49,420 nt of DNA from Girardia tigrina. Its lineage: Eukaryota. The DNA lies in assembly GCA_001938485.1 (NCBI GenBank), contig MQRK01170873.1:14585-64004 (forward strand), written 5' to 3'. Shown here one piece after another: positions 1-11,876 of the stretch. Made by a program: the position numbers and the translations under genes. Below the pieces are notes generated by a model that was given only the letters and a program-made list of their open reading frames with translations, searched no databases and was not told the origin of the DNA. Within the stretch, counting starts at the first letter, position 1, and each line of letters opens with the position of its first letter.

Positions 1-35
1 TTTCTCATATATAAGCTGCAAAAAGCCAGTGTTAA

Positions 36-83
36 TTTAGTCTGAAGATGGCACTGGGTAATCCGCCGAAATTAATTACGAAA
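36..83 (+). ncRNA. Minimal type I hammerhead ribozyme of Penelope-like element type
   Basis: TTTAGT-CTGAAGA-T-GGC...GCC-GAAA-TTAA-TT-ACGAAA: CUGANGA and GAAA cores, a short stem II, a palindromic loop III (TTAA) and a stem I with one mismatch. Preceded by TATATAAG like the related copy at ~18000. Confidence 0.7.
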
Positions 84-488
84 ATAAATTGTGAAAAATG
101 GCGTTCACTTTTTAATAAAAATGTGTCAATGTATATTATAATACATCAATAGGTTGACTTTAGTTAAAAAAAGAATTAGTTTACCTAAAACTTTTAAAAA
201 TGCACAAAAATGTAATTGCAAATATTTTGTCCAGTAGTATACTTAAATCAACATACCACATCCATACATTTACACATTCAAACAATTTAAAATATTCCTC
301 ACAATAACATCACAAACAGAATTGTCATGACAACAATTAAAATGTTTTTATTTTATTTCTCAAAAAGAAACTCTTGAAAAGTAAGTTTAAATTTTTCAAA
401 GAAAGTGAATGAAAAGTAAAACAAATTTGAGAAATAATATTGACAAAATGTTTGAAATACGAAATAATATTTATTTCAATAAATTCAG

Positions 489-938
489 TTAAAGTGTCCA
501 ATTTGTAAATCGGAAGATCTTCTTTTCGACACGGCTCCGTCCAATCAGATCGACTCATGGATGACTATCGATGAAGGTGAAGAGAAGCAATATCTAACAG
601 ATGAAATAATCTCTCAAATGACCCAAATGAGACTCGATAAAGAGCGCCAACTACTTACTTCGAAAATTAATGAAGAAAATCAATTACAAATTGATGACAA
701 CAATAATAAAGAAAGTCCAGAACAATCAGTAATCGATAATCGCAATGATAATCATGATTCGAATCATTATTTCGGCAAGCACAACCATTTTCGATCTAGA
801 GGGCAGTTCAATCCATGTAGATCTCGGCAAGGTCACGCGAATAATCGTGGCGGTTCCCGATCGCGGAATACCAATCAATTTCGACGTGGCTTCCACAACT
901 ATCGGGCAAATACGAACCAGTCAGATAATTTATTGTGA
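489..938 (+). CDS. Probable terminal coding exon: begins LKCPICK (end of a RING-like finger), ends in an Arg/Gly/Asn-rich tail
   Basis: ORF 561-938 extends in frame upstream to a TTCAG acceptor (484-488), giving LKCPICKSEDLLFDTAPSNQIDSWMTIDEG. Stop is TGA, with AATAAA near 986. Upstream exons are not recognised in the window. Confidence 0.5.
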   Translation, partial: LKCPICKSEDLLFDTAPSNQIDSWMTIDEGEEKQYLTDEIISQMTQMRLDKERQLLTSKINEENQLQIDDNNNKESPEQSVIDNRNDNHDSNHYFGKHNHFRSRGQFNPCRSRQGHANNRGGSRSRNTNQFRRGFHNYRANTNQSDNLL

Positions 939-1129
939 TGATTGCCAATAGAATTATTCAATTGATTTGTCTGTTTTTTATCTTCAATAAAAGTACAGAT
1001 TTAGAGTTATTTAATTTTTTTTCTATCCATTCTTTATGCAGACAGAACTCTGCTTTGCCAACAAAGTTTTGATTACAAAAATAGTATAAAATATTAATAT
1101 AAACTACTTATAATTTATAAGTAGATATC

Positions 1130-1365
1130 TTGCAATTAATATTGTTCGGGAACTCCGAATTTTCCGTTTTTTCCCATTTTGGGACCTTAAAATGTTTTTT
1201 TGATCAAATTTTCACATAATCATTTATTGTCATCGAGAATGAGTAAGTGGGCAAAGATTGGAGAAAATTGATTGAGTAAAAAGCCTTCAAAAATATGTTT
1301 CTAAATTCCATGTATGCATGTATATATATATAGAAAGTAAGCTAATAAAAAGAATGGAAAAATAT
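1130..1365. repeat. Possible non-autonomous interspersed element (HINE/DINE-like architecture)
   Basis: A short (TA)n/CATG microsatellite sits next to a TTTTTATTAGCTT end on the minus strand. Only the architecture supports this call. Confidence 0.25.
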
Positions 1366-2026
1366 TGATTTTAAGTCTAAAAACTCACTCGAAGTCAATG
1401 TGCTGTTTTTATTTTGCTTATTTCGTTAATAAAGTCGATTATGTTTTACAAATTTTTAGGGTCAAAGTTTAGAGACATGAATTTAAATTATCGAAAGTCC
1501 TTTTTTAAAATCTGTTTGAATGTCTTTGTTTCGTTAGATAATTATTTTTTAAAATTTATTTCCTGTTTTTAAAATATTATAATTGTATTTGCTATGATAT
1601 ATGGTCGTTAATTATCAACATCGATATAAAAATTTAAATTAGAAGGCTGCTTCAAACTTAGATTGAGGTTTTATTTGTTTTGTTACCTAATTTCTTTTTA
1701 CATGAATACTCCATACGAAATTCAAACAAAAATTGAATAACCTATTGCTCTGAACACTTAGTGATTATGTATAATTTTATCTCTTATTAATTTTACTAAA
1801 TTTGTTCAAATTAAGCAAAATTTGATTGAAAAACAAAATTTATAACTTTAGTATTTGTTTTTATTTTTCATTATTAATCCAAAAGAAACAATACCCCGGT
1901 AAATAAATTACACAATAATTAAAGGTAATACATATATAAAAATCAAATAGTAATTTGGTATGTATATTAAAATAACACCTTTTAAATGTTTATTGGAAAA
2001 CATATTTCGCCACTTTTGTGATTATA

Positions 2027-2514
2027 CAGTGTTTTTCGAGCTATTAAGTCAGTGTCGCAAGTAATTGCACCAATGTTGCAAGCAATTAAATCATCGTTAG
2101 AACTAGTATAAAAACGCTAATTAATAAACGCTGTTTACATTAAATTTTTACATTTTTTGACATTCGAGTGTTTACATTAGTAATGTAGTTTTCCTAGAAT
2201 GATTTATACGAAGGCCTAAAAAATTAGCTTACAATAGCTAACCTTATAGGCCTTCCACGAACTACAATAATTAGTATTGTTTAAAAGTTCTATTCAACTG
2301 GACAATGGGAAACTAGGGCAAGAGATTTAAATCATTTTGGAAAACTACACTACTAATGTAAACACTCGAATGTAAAAAAAATGTAAAAATGTAATGTAAA
2401 TAGCGTTTTTATACTAGTTCTATCGATGATTTAATTACTTGCAACACTGGTGCAATTGCCTGCCACATTGACTTAAAAACCTGTAACACTGACGTAATAG
2501 CTCAAAAAACAATG
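2027..2514. mobile_element. Tc1/mariner-type foldback MITE with ~180-bp terminal inverted repeats and TA target duplication
   Basis: TA|CAGTGTTTTTCGAGCTATTAAGTCAGTGT... pairs with ...ACACTGACGTAATAGCTCAAAAAACAATG|TA. The inverted arms continue through GCAAGCAATTAAATCATCG/CGATGATTTAATTACTTGC and ACATTCGAGTGTTTACATTAGTA/TACTAATGTAAACACTCGAATGT. Confidence 0.85.
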
Positions 2515-3850
2515 TATTTAAGTAAAAAGTTCTTGTTTTATAGAGGTGACAATTTTTCTTTCCAAAGTACAAGTATTCACACTTTTGACTTTTATATTGA
2601 TAAACTAAATTTGCTTTCATACCAAATTGTGTAGGAATATGGGAATATAACCATTACATCAAAATGTGTTACGTCAAAATACTTTAATATCATTGAACAA
2701 ATCACTTTGCCCGTTTAAACTAGGTTTATAAAACTTTATTAACAGTGCTTCAGTAATTGTCCTTTCATAATTGTGATCAAAGTTGGTAATCAAAGCCTGA
2801 TAATCATTGTCATATACCCTCATATGAGTTCCATGATATTTTACTATGTGATCCATAATTGAGCTTTTTCTACTCTATTAGGTATGTTCAGCAATTCTAG
2901 TACTGAGATGTCGATTTGTCTTTCCAATGTACAAGGACTTTTATACTTTTATACTGATAAACTAAATTTGTTTTCATACCAAATTCTGTTTCAGATTTAT
3001 TTGCAAAAAAATTAGAAATAATATTTTAATTGTAACAACTACTTAGACCCGTTTTTCATATTGAAATTGCAACATACTGGGGTCTGGTGTTTTAAGTATG
3101 GATTACAATTCCTTTGATGATTTTTTAATTCTTTTATTAGAGGTTTTTAGCTCTTGCAATTATATTTTCAGACATTTGTTTCAATTTTGAAGTACAAATT
3201 TATTTTGAAATTAATAATAAACGTTATGGTAAAATAAAAAAATATATATAGATTAAAAGAATAGTAAATAATAAAAGGCGCCATTTTTCTGAATATTTAT
3301 TCTACAAAACATGTTTAACAAGTTTTGGCATAAAAATTGACAAATTGAAAATTCAACTCATTTATAAAGCAACATACTACTACACAATAACACAAAATTT
3401 TCAGACTTCTTTTTCTATAACTTCAAATTATTTAAAATACAAAAAAATAAATTATTTTAATATAATACCATTATCTAATCCGAATTTAAAAATATAAAAT
3501 TCTGATGGAGTTAACCTGTAATCTGATTTATTAATAATTATGGTATTAGTATTATTTTCGTTAAAAACATTATCTCCGAAAAAATTGCCCAAAAATTTTA
3601 ATTTTTAATTATGAGATTTTAGCTTTATAAAATATTTAGTTTTAAAAGACTCAAAATAAAAGTGAATAAAAAACGAAAACAGTCAATGTAAACCATTTTA
3701 CAGAACTCAAATTTTACTTTAAACAATTCGTCACAAATGATCTGGATCTCTTTCCGTTCTTCGCCAATTGCTTTTCTAAGTAATCGTTTCTTCATCTTCC
3801 TTATTTCACCATCCATAGAAAAATTGATGAATTTCGGCAATTTTTTTTCA
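2515..3850 (-). mobile_element. Decayed Penelope-like retroelement (two partial GIY-YIG endonuclease copies plus N-terminal/RT-flanking remnants)
   Basis: Copy 1 (2674-2980) reads NLVYQY...LYIGKTNRHLSTRIAEH...IMDH...TITEALLIKFYKPSLNGQ. Copy 2 (2530-2620) reads NLVYQYKSQKCEYLYFGK. Further PLE-type N-terminal motifs: INKSDYRLTPSEFYIFKFGL (~3470-3535) and PKFINF...KRLLRKAI (3625-3840). Confidence 0.8.
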
Positions 3851-4109
3851 TTTTTGCAAATTATTTAAAATCAAGCAAATCCTCACGATGATTTAATTTT
3901 TGATGATGATGAAAATTAGTAAAAACCAATGGTTATTGAGGACTCCGCGATTGAAATTGCTATACAATGGTAACGACGTCGAGAATTTAGAAATTATTGA
4001 AAGAAATCAGTCTGAATCTGAGCGGAAACTTTCGAATATATCAAGCGGAAAAAAGAATAACTTGTGTCGAAATTGGTTGGTAAATACCGACGAGTGATTA
4101 AACGTAATT

Positions 4110-5965
4110 AAATTTCTTTCATGAATGATATTTACGAGGAGAAGAGGAATCATAGCGTCTATCAAATGTCTGATGTCTATTCATTCACAAGCATTCAGTT
4201 CATATCTCATGCTTGCTACAAGTGAAGATCGAGAAGTGCGGGTGCTTGGGCTTAAAGTTTTTCAAAAAGGTTATTTGTTGAAATGGAAAAGAGATAATCA
4301 TATCAGAGAAATTACCGATATCGCGTCTTTATCACACCGCGATTTATATTCAATTTGCAGACAGTTAGTAGGCATCTACCCGGTGGCGGGATGGCTGCGT
4401 CCGACTTGTTCTTATATGAAACGCCTCAGTGAGGGCAACTGAGAGGACAAAGTGGGAGAAGAGATAATAGAAAAAGTCAAGTGGGTGATGAGAAGAGTCG
4501 AGGAAGCCGACCCGTGCAAGGGGGAATGGTTTATAAATAACTGTGAAGAAGGAATTTTATGGTGTGATGCGAGTTCGATTGCGATTGGCGTTGTGCTCGA
4601 GGTCAAGGGTCAGACAATCGAAGATGCATCATGGTTAAGGAAAACAGACGACTCCCATCATATATATTTAGCTGAACTGGAAGCTGTAGTAAAAGGTTTA
4701 AATTTATGTATTAAATGGGGGATGAAAAGGGTAATAGTTAAATCGGACAACAAGTCGGTCCTATCCTGGATATCCACGGTGTTAGCGTTTCGTGAGAAAT
4801 TGTGTACAAGAGCGTTTAGTGAACTGTTGATTAAAAGAAGATTGGCGATCATTAAAAAGTTATGTCAAGAATATCAAATGGAAGTGACGATTGAATTTGT
4901 GTACAACGAGAAGAATCGGGTGGACGAGTTGACAAGAGTACTAAATAGAGTAAAACAGAGTAATTGTTGTTTATTAATTTCAGGTAGTCGCGATAGTCTT
5001 GTGGAACTTCACAACAAATGTCATCTGGGAGCAAGAAGGATGCAGTACTTATGTAAAAAACTGAACATTGATGCATCAAATACGGACATTAAAAAATTAA
5101 TTTCTAGATGTCAACAATGTCAATCGATTAACCCAGCGCCGATAAAATGGAAAGAGGGAACGCTGAATGTTAGTGAAATTTGGACGAGATTAGCCATAGA
5201 TGTTACGAAATATAATCAGAGGAAGTATTTGAGTATTATCGATTGTCGTCCGTCACGTTTCGCAATTTGGAAGCTGATTAGATCGGAGGGTGCTGATTCG
5301 ATTATCTCGGAAATAGCAAGTGTATTTTCTGAACACGGTACGCCTCAAGAACTACTAGTCGATAATTATAGTTCGTTTACCATTATTTTTTCTTAGGTTA
5401 ATGAAAAAATGGAATGTTGAAGTCATTTATCGGGCCGTAAATAGACAAAATTGCAACGGTATTATATAGTGAAATCATAGAACGGTCAAGAGAATAGCGT
5501 GTCGTTCTAATATATACATTTTAGAAGCCGTATGGTGGTACAATAATACTCCTTTCGACAATAAGCAGCCGCCGAGTCTGAAGATGTATAATTATATACC
5601 AACTGGATTAGAATCGCTAAGAAAGACAGTTAGAACGGAGAACGTAGAGCGGTCAAAATTTGTAGAAAACCATCTGGTGTGGATATAACCGAATCAAAGT
5701 ACACCTTGTACACGAAAGTGGATGACGAGGACGGTGGTGAAACGATTAGATTCGGTAAAGTTTTTGATTAATTGTAATGGTTTTTGTAGCCCGCGGCATG
5801 TTGCGGATATTAGACCGCGACAACCGGATCAAACCCCGGCGCTGAGTCTAGAGTTCGGGAATGATGATGACGACGAGTCGGCAAAAGAGAGAAATTAGAA
5901 ACCTGAAAGAGTGCGACCACGATGGGAAACACGCCGATAAGCCTACCTCGATGATTTTATTGTTA
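4110..5965 (+). mobile_element. Ty3/gypsy LTR retrotransposon pol remnant (RT C-terminus, RNase H, integrase), with stops and frameshifts
   Basis: RNase H: WCDASSIAIGVVL, AELEAVVKGL, KSDNKSV. Integrase HHCC: HNKCHLG...CQQCQ. Integrase core: LAIDVT...IIDC.PSRFAIW...HGTPQELLVDN, continuing after a frameshift as NGII**NHRTVK...AVWWYNNTP. Domain order is RH then IN. Confidence 0.92.
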
Positions 5966-5974
5966 ATGGGACGA

Positions 5975-6210
5975 ATCGGTGGGCGGTGGTGCATGGTCAT
6001 TTTTAGTTGGTGGAGCTATTTTTCTGGTTAATTCCGTTAACGAACGAGACTCTCACCTGCTAAATAGTACATTTGTGTTAAATCGCAAATGCTGACTTCT
6101 TAGAGGAATAAATAGCGTTTAGCTAAATGAAATGGAGCAATAACAGGTCTGTGATGCCCTTAGATGTCCGGGGCCGCACGTGCGCTACAATGGCAGTACC
6201 AGTGAGTTTT
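5975..6210 (+). pseudogene. Eukaryotic 18S rRNA fragment (3' major domain), mutated orphan copy
   Basis: Universal SSU motifs GGTGGTGCATGG, TTAGTTGGTGGAG, CTGGTTAATTCCG.TAACGAACGAGAC, CTTCTTAGAGG and GCAATAACAGGTCTGTGATGCCCTTAGATGTCCGGGGCCGCACG.GCGCTACA. It is only ~235 nt, with substitutions at conserved sites. Confidence 0.95.
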
Positions 6211-6234
6211 ATGTGTGGACGAATCTGGTGGGGT

Positions 6235-6358
6235 TGTAGTGGAGAATTATTAAAAACAAATAAATCAATTTGTTTTAATTCTCTGAAATTAGCAATAGAG
6301 TTTTATTTGAAATAAACATTCACGTATTAACTCTTGTTTATTATTTTCTTAGATAGCA
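6235..6358 (+). repeat. Possible short or truncated 3' LTR of the gypsy element
   Basis: Starts TGTAGT immediately after a G-rich PPT-like tract (GGTGGGGT), contains AATAAA and could end at ...TAGCA. No matching 5' LTR is seen. Confidence 0.3.
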
Positions 6359-6527
6359 TGAAAACAAATTGTTTCACAAAAATATATATTCACAAAAATA
6401 TTGTCGCGATTTTCAAACAATAAAATTTTTCGTTGAAGTCATTAATCATGCATTATTTTAAATTTACTGTTTCAAATTGGTTTTGATATTGTTTTTGATT
6501 TTCAATGAAAATTCGATTGTTTGTTCA

Positions 6528-6840
6528 ATGAAAACCCCGAGTTCCTCTAATACTAATGTGGCATCTAATATCAACTATATCGACGTTCTCAAATCACTCG
6601 ATATTATCGAAAAACATCCGGAAATAATGAAAAATGGAAGTTATTTCTGCATCGATAATTCGTCAAGACAACAAGCGACCGATTTGCCGAGAATGACACG
6701 ATCGAGTTGCGATCTCCGGGGACAACACTTAAAATTGCAATTGTGAATCACTGTCAATTGGTGTTCGAGAATTGTATGAATGAATTGATACAGTTGCAAA
6801 TAAAATTTGAATCGACCAATGTGAATGAAAGAAATTGAGT
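6528..6840 (+). pseudogene. Unidentified gene-like fragment with probable frameshift
   Basis: Coding-like composition (MKTPSSSN...DVLKSLDIIEKHPEI), and a second frame reads TLKIAIVNHCQLVFENCMNELIQLQ. AATAAA follows. No confident family assignment. Confidence 0.3.
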
Positions 6841-9800
6841 GTGTGTAAATAAATACATGTACAGTAAAACCTACAAAGTTGAAAACTCTATAATTTAAAA
6901 AAACTCAGTAAGTTGAAATGTCCTCAGCCTCACAAGAAAAAATTAGATCTTTTTTCTCTTTAAGTTGAAAATCTCTTCAATGTCAATACAGCAGAACTTC
7001 CAAAGTTAAAAATCACAGAGAATTGAAAAAAAAAATAAACTCCTTATGAAAATATAAATTTTAAAACTGCAGTTTTAATTTGAAATACAAACCATTTTTA
7101 TAATTTTATGTAAACAGAAAGTAAAAGAAAGTTAAATAATAGTCATAAAATAACTTATGTAACTTAAGTAAATTATAAATAGTAATTCAAAGAAACTGTT
7201 ATACAATTCTTTATGTAGACAGAACTCTACTTGGCCAACAGAATTTTTTGTTATCTTTTGTAGAACGGAAAACTATGATTACATCTTTTAATAAATTTAT
7301 TATGTTATTAGTAATTATTTCAATATTTTGCTGAATGGAAAATTTCATACAAAAACATTTTTAATTCTATTTTACAAATAAATAGTTACTTTTAACATAA
7401 CCAATTTATTATAAAGCATGAAAGGAAAAAAACAAAACAAATTATAATTTTAGACGGATGGTAAAAATTATAAACAAAATTTAAGGCTGTATTTACCAAA
7501 GAAAAATCCTTGAATTGAAAATCACATTCATTGAATGTAACAGATATGTAAAAACGATATGATTATTGCAACTATACCATTATTTTTGTATCAAATGCTC
7601 GAACTAAATTGTTTTTAGGAATACCCTGTAAACATTTTATGAAGAAAAATTGTCATACATGAAATTATCGAAATGAATGGGCTTCGAAAAAAATAAAGCA
7701 TAGTTGCAATGTTTTTCTATGAAGTTAGAGATCATTTAAACGTTTTCTAAACGTTTAATTTGCTCAACGAAGACCGTTTAAACGTTTAGAAAATTTTAAA
7801 ACGTGCCCACGCCTAAACATAAGGCATCTCATGGATCAAAGCTCTTCGTTGTGAGCGAAAATTAAGAAATTTCATATTACGACTAGTACCAACGTTATCT
7901 GAAGATGTGATGACCTCGGAATAAAATTTTGAAGAGGCTCAGCTACAGTGTAATAAAACTCTAAGACAAACCTCTCTTTATTTATGGATCTTTAGAAAAT
8001 AAATAAATTTATCAATACACACTTCTTATTCTTCTTGTCATATTCAATAGTTGTGATATATGAGTATATTTTCTCAAACTTGAAACCCTCCATAAGTTTA
8101 AAAAAATTTCTGCACCGTGACTTTATACTTTTAGAGATTTTACTATAGTAGAGAAAATGATTGCACGTGGATGTGTGCGTGTGGATTGAAAATTGCTACA
8201 TGAATTCTGTGATGTATACATGATTGCGATCGGTGTATGTGTATGTTGAGGGTAAATTATTTTGTTATTTTTTTATCACAATTACAATTTTGATTTTAAA
8301 AAGGTGTGAAAAATAACTTGGTGGTTGTTTTGAGAAGAATAAATCTTAAAAAGCGATGGTGAAATAAATCGATTGAGTGTTTAAAAATAAAAAAAAACTA
8401 AATCGTTTGTATCTAAAAAATGACGTGTTTAAATTTTTCATTAGTGAGAATTTTCAATAGGTCTAATTTTCAAATTACGTTAAAAATGAAAAATCCAATA
8501 CGAATGATAATAATAAGAATCAAATAATAGAACCTTCTGCCATAAAAAGTTTCTCAATTCAAAAGACACTAATTCAAAAGGTTACTTTAATATAAATAAT
8601 ATTTATTTAGACGATTCTGATGATTTGATTGATAGTATCAATAGGTTTATCAAAATAAGTTGTTTGCTAATTGTACTAATAAAGCTGATTGAATTTTCAG
8701 CAAAAATAAATTTAATATTTATTCGTTTAATGATTCAATTTCAAGTTCGGTAAATAAAATGAAATCTCCAATTCCTTCTAAACCAAAACCAAATCAAAAC
8801 TTCATGAAAATATATCCATTCGTAAATATAACAAAAATTGATTATTAAATTTGAGAAATTACTATAATAAAGATTACCCAAAGAATAATATTGCACATTT
8901 ACTCTTGAATATTGGTTAACTATTCTTAATTGTAAGACAGTATTAATAAATTTGGGGGTACATATTTTAGAAAAAACCTATTCAAATCTAGATCTTTTAA
9001 AATTTACTCTTTCAATATTTTTTTCCTTAGAAACTTTTAATAAAAAATAATTTTCACTTATTCATTTTTACATTTTTTCCAAACATCATAAAAAGAGAAA
9101 CAAATCAAAATTAATTGAATTTCTCTTTGAGATTTTAAATATTAAATAATTAACTTTTAACACTTGTTTAAATAATTTCTTTGTTTAAATTAATTTTAAT
9201 CAATAATGGCAGCTCAATTATGTACGTTTTTCTTTTGATTTTGTATTTGTATCCAATGAAAATAATTCACTTTAAATTCAAAATGAATTATGTAGTGCTC
9301 TTTATTGCTTATTTTATTTCCTTTTGATTATTTTTTATTGTTTGGAAAATCGATTGATTTCAACGGATTCTTTATTGACAAAATAGTGGTTTGCAGTTAA
9401 CTGTAATGAATCAACTGCAAATTCATACCGTTATTATAAAATTTTTCACGATTTTTCTTATTTTTCTCAATTATTATGCATTAAATAGAAGTAAGGTAAT
9501 AGTTTATTATTTATTATAACATAAGATTACATATTTGTTAACATAGTCATATTAATTTAATTAGTCATCAAAGATATCTGCTCTATCAAAACATTCTGCA
9601 AAGAATTTCTTTGTATGACGATAATATTTTGTTTTATCTTTGTACTCCTCTTTGGCCACCAAAAGTTAGATCTTCCCCTTTTATGTGACCACTCTTTCTT
9701 GGTGACTGATTACCAGGTGGTCCAGGTAATTTGTCATTTCTGTCCTAACGTTTCTCTTCAATTTCTCAAAAAATGCCTCAATACGATTGAGGAATGGGTT

Positions 9801-10059
9801 ATATTGATCATTTTATGTTAATACAAGAACTACGAAGACTTACCATTTACCTATTCTATCAATTGGTGATTTTATTTGTTTAAGTAAATAAAATAGTGAA
9901 ATTAAAGACAAAACTAAAAATTCATAAGATAATTTAATTTTAAAGAAAATAAAATATGCAACTGTGGTTATTACATAACATAAATAGTAGTGTTATTCAT
10001 TTTGTATTTAGGTTTCAATTTAGATATGTTCAAATTTTCAGGACTCTTCAAGAGGTTGT

Positions 10060-10980
10060 TTAAGTATTCTAGTTCCGATGAGTCTTCATTCATTTGTGAA
10101 AGTTCTTTTGCTAATTGAAACAAGAATTTTTTTCTTGATAAATTTTATCCAGTTGTTTCTTTATGTGTTGCATGCATTTGTTTCAAGAATATTGAAACAA
10201 ATAAGAATATTCAAACAAAAGGCCAAGAATATTGAATAATATTTGCAGAGGTCATCTTCGTGATCCTGACTTAACAGTATACTTCATGGCCGTTTGATCG
10301 GTTACATCTACTCCGAATTTAGTATTGTTATAAAATTTTATAGTTTCCGGCATCTTTTTTTCATCTTTTTAAATGCTAAATGATTTATGTTTCGTATTCA
10401 GCGAGAGAACTTTTTTTGATGGCTTACTTATATATTGTCAAAGTGGCTTTGTTTTTTTCTATAAATTACTGATGAAATTCGAGGTTGAACTATATTTTTT
10501 TTGTTTCCCAAGTTATGGTAATTCTTTTCTGTTTGCGCGAACAATTCCAACTGAAGTATTACCTTTCTCCAATAATTTTGAAGCTAGTGATAGGTTAGTG
10601 AAAAAATTGTCAGTCGTTACATTTCTTCCACACTAGGTGCATGGTTCAAATAATTTTAGAACCAATCCAGCCAAAGAAACTGACGATTTCTTTGTTGTAT
10701 CCTTTCCCAAATACTGGAAACCATTTATAATAAATTTGTTCTTAAGAACAGATGCCAACTAAAATTTTAAAACTTTTTAGGTTTGTTCAGCATATATTAC
10801 GTGAACTTGCATCTTGATTTAGTTTTTTTATCTTCAAAAGTTATACTTTATTAACTCTTGTAAATGAGTGCGAAGGTTCGAATGTGAAATCCTTAACTCT
10901 TTATACATTATAATATATTTCGCGGTTATACCCATAAAGCCTTATTCGTCGATTCATCTATCTCATCAACTCATCATATT
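10060..10980 (-). mobile_element. piggyBac transposase remnant
   Basis: Minus-strand translation GRNVTTDNFFTNLSLASKLLEKGNTSVGIVRANRKELP and FYNNTKFGVDVTDQTAMKYTVKSGSRR*PLQI match the piggyBac DDD motifs. Confidence 0.93.
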
Positions 10981-11154
10981 TTGTTGGGTATAAAAGTTCT
11001 TTAAAAATAAATTCAAAAATGATAGCTTACATTAGTAACCTAAGCTGCATCATTATTTCGATATATTTACTCTAAAAGGTAGTTTGAAGCTAAAATCAGT
11101 GTATATTCTAATTGTCCGGAATATTTAAAATTGTATGTGTTTGTTTTAAAAAGG

Positions 11155-11583
11155 GGCCTAGGATGCCCTGGCACACCAATACTTGAAGCAATATTATGAT
11201 CAAGCGGATGAGGTAATTGCAGTAAAGCCATTCACATTTGAACAAGAATTAGATGACTTACCAAAGGAAACTGAAAGAAATGATTTGGAAAGAAGCGCAA
11301 AGTTATATAAATAGTTTCAGTAATTGAGTGTTTCATTCTTTACCTGTAATGAAATGATTCTGATCTCTAACAACATATTTACAGGCTAATATATAGGACA
11401 AATTATTTTGTATTTCTTTTCTCTCAACACATTTATTTTATATTTTCTATTCATTGAGTATTACAGAGAATCTAGTCAATCATTTATTTTCAAATTGTAC
11501 AACATTTTGTGAATTATTTTTGTGATGTTTGAAAGACTGATAAATTCTGCAATAAAATATTATTCGTTATTAAATAAAAAAAA
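11155..11583 (+). pseudogene. ERK/MAPK C-terminal fragment with 3' UTR, frameshifted
   Basis: [17 protein letters not shown] / [16 protein letters not shown] / LKEMIWKEA aligns with the ERK1/2 C-terminus ([44 protein letters not shown]). AATAAA near 11551 and an A-run near 11575-11583. Confidence 0.85.
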
Positions 11584-11674
11584 GTAGATCAAAGGAAAAA
11601 ATGAATAACAATATTGTGAGAATGTTGCCAAAATGGCAATAAAAGTTCAAATAATTAAAATAAAATAACAATGT

Positions 11675-11720
11675 ACAATGATCACGTATACAAAAATGAT
11701 TTTGTATACGTGATCATTGT
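11675..11720. repeat. Perfect 21-bp inverted repeat with 4-nt loop
   Basis: ACAATGATCACGTATACAAAA-atga-TTTTGTATACGTGATCATTGT. Confidence 0.95.
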
Positions 11721-11876
11721 TATTATTTTTTAAAATAAATTGTTTGAATAAAAATAAAGTTTGGCGCGAAATTTTATCTTTTAAATTGACGGTTTTTTAT
11801 TTTGCGTCCATTGATGTTTTATATGGCGAATGTAAAAATCGTCTTGTTCGACACGGAAAGGGTATCATTGGTCGGA

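Noticed and set aside
6127-6315. ORF MKWSNNRSVMPLDVRGRT
   Set aside because: Spurious translation of the 18S rRNA fragment.
6870-7815. TACAGTAAAACC start, ACCCTGTA end and AAACGTTT palindromes
   Set aside because: They look like isolated DNA-transposon ends, but no matching TIR pairs could be established.
7895-7925. CTGAAGATG motif
   Set aside because: Lacks stem II and the GAAA core; at most a degenerate PLE remnant.
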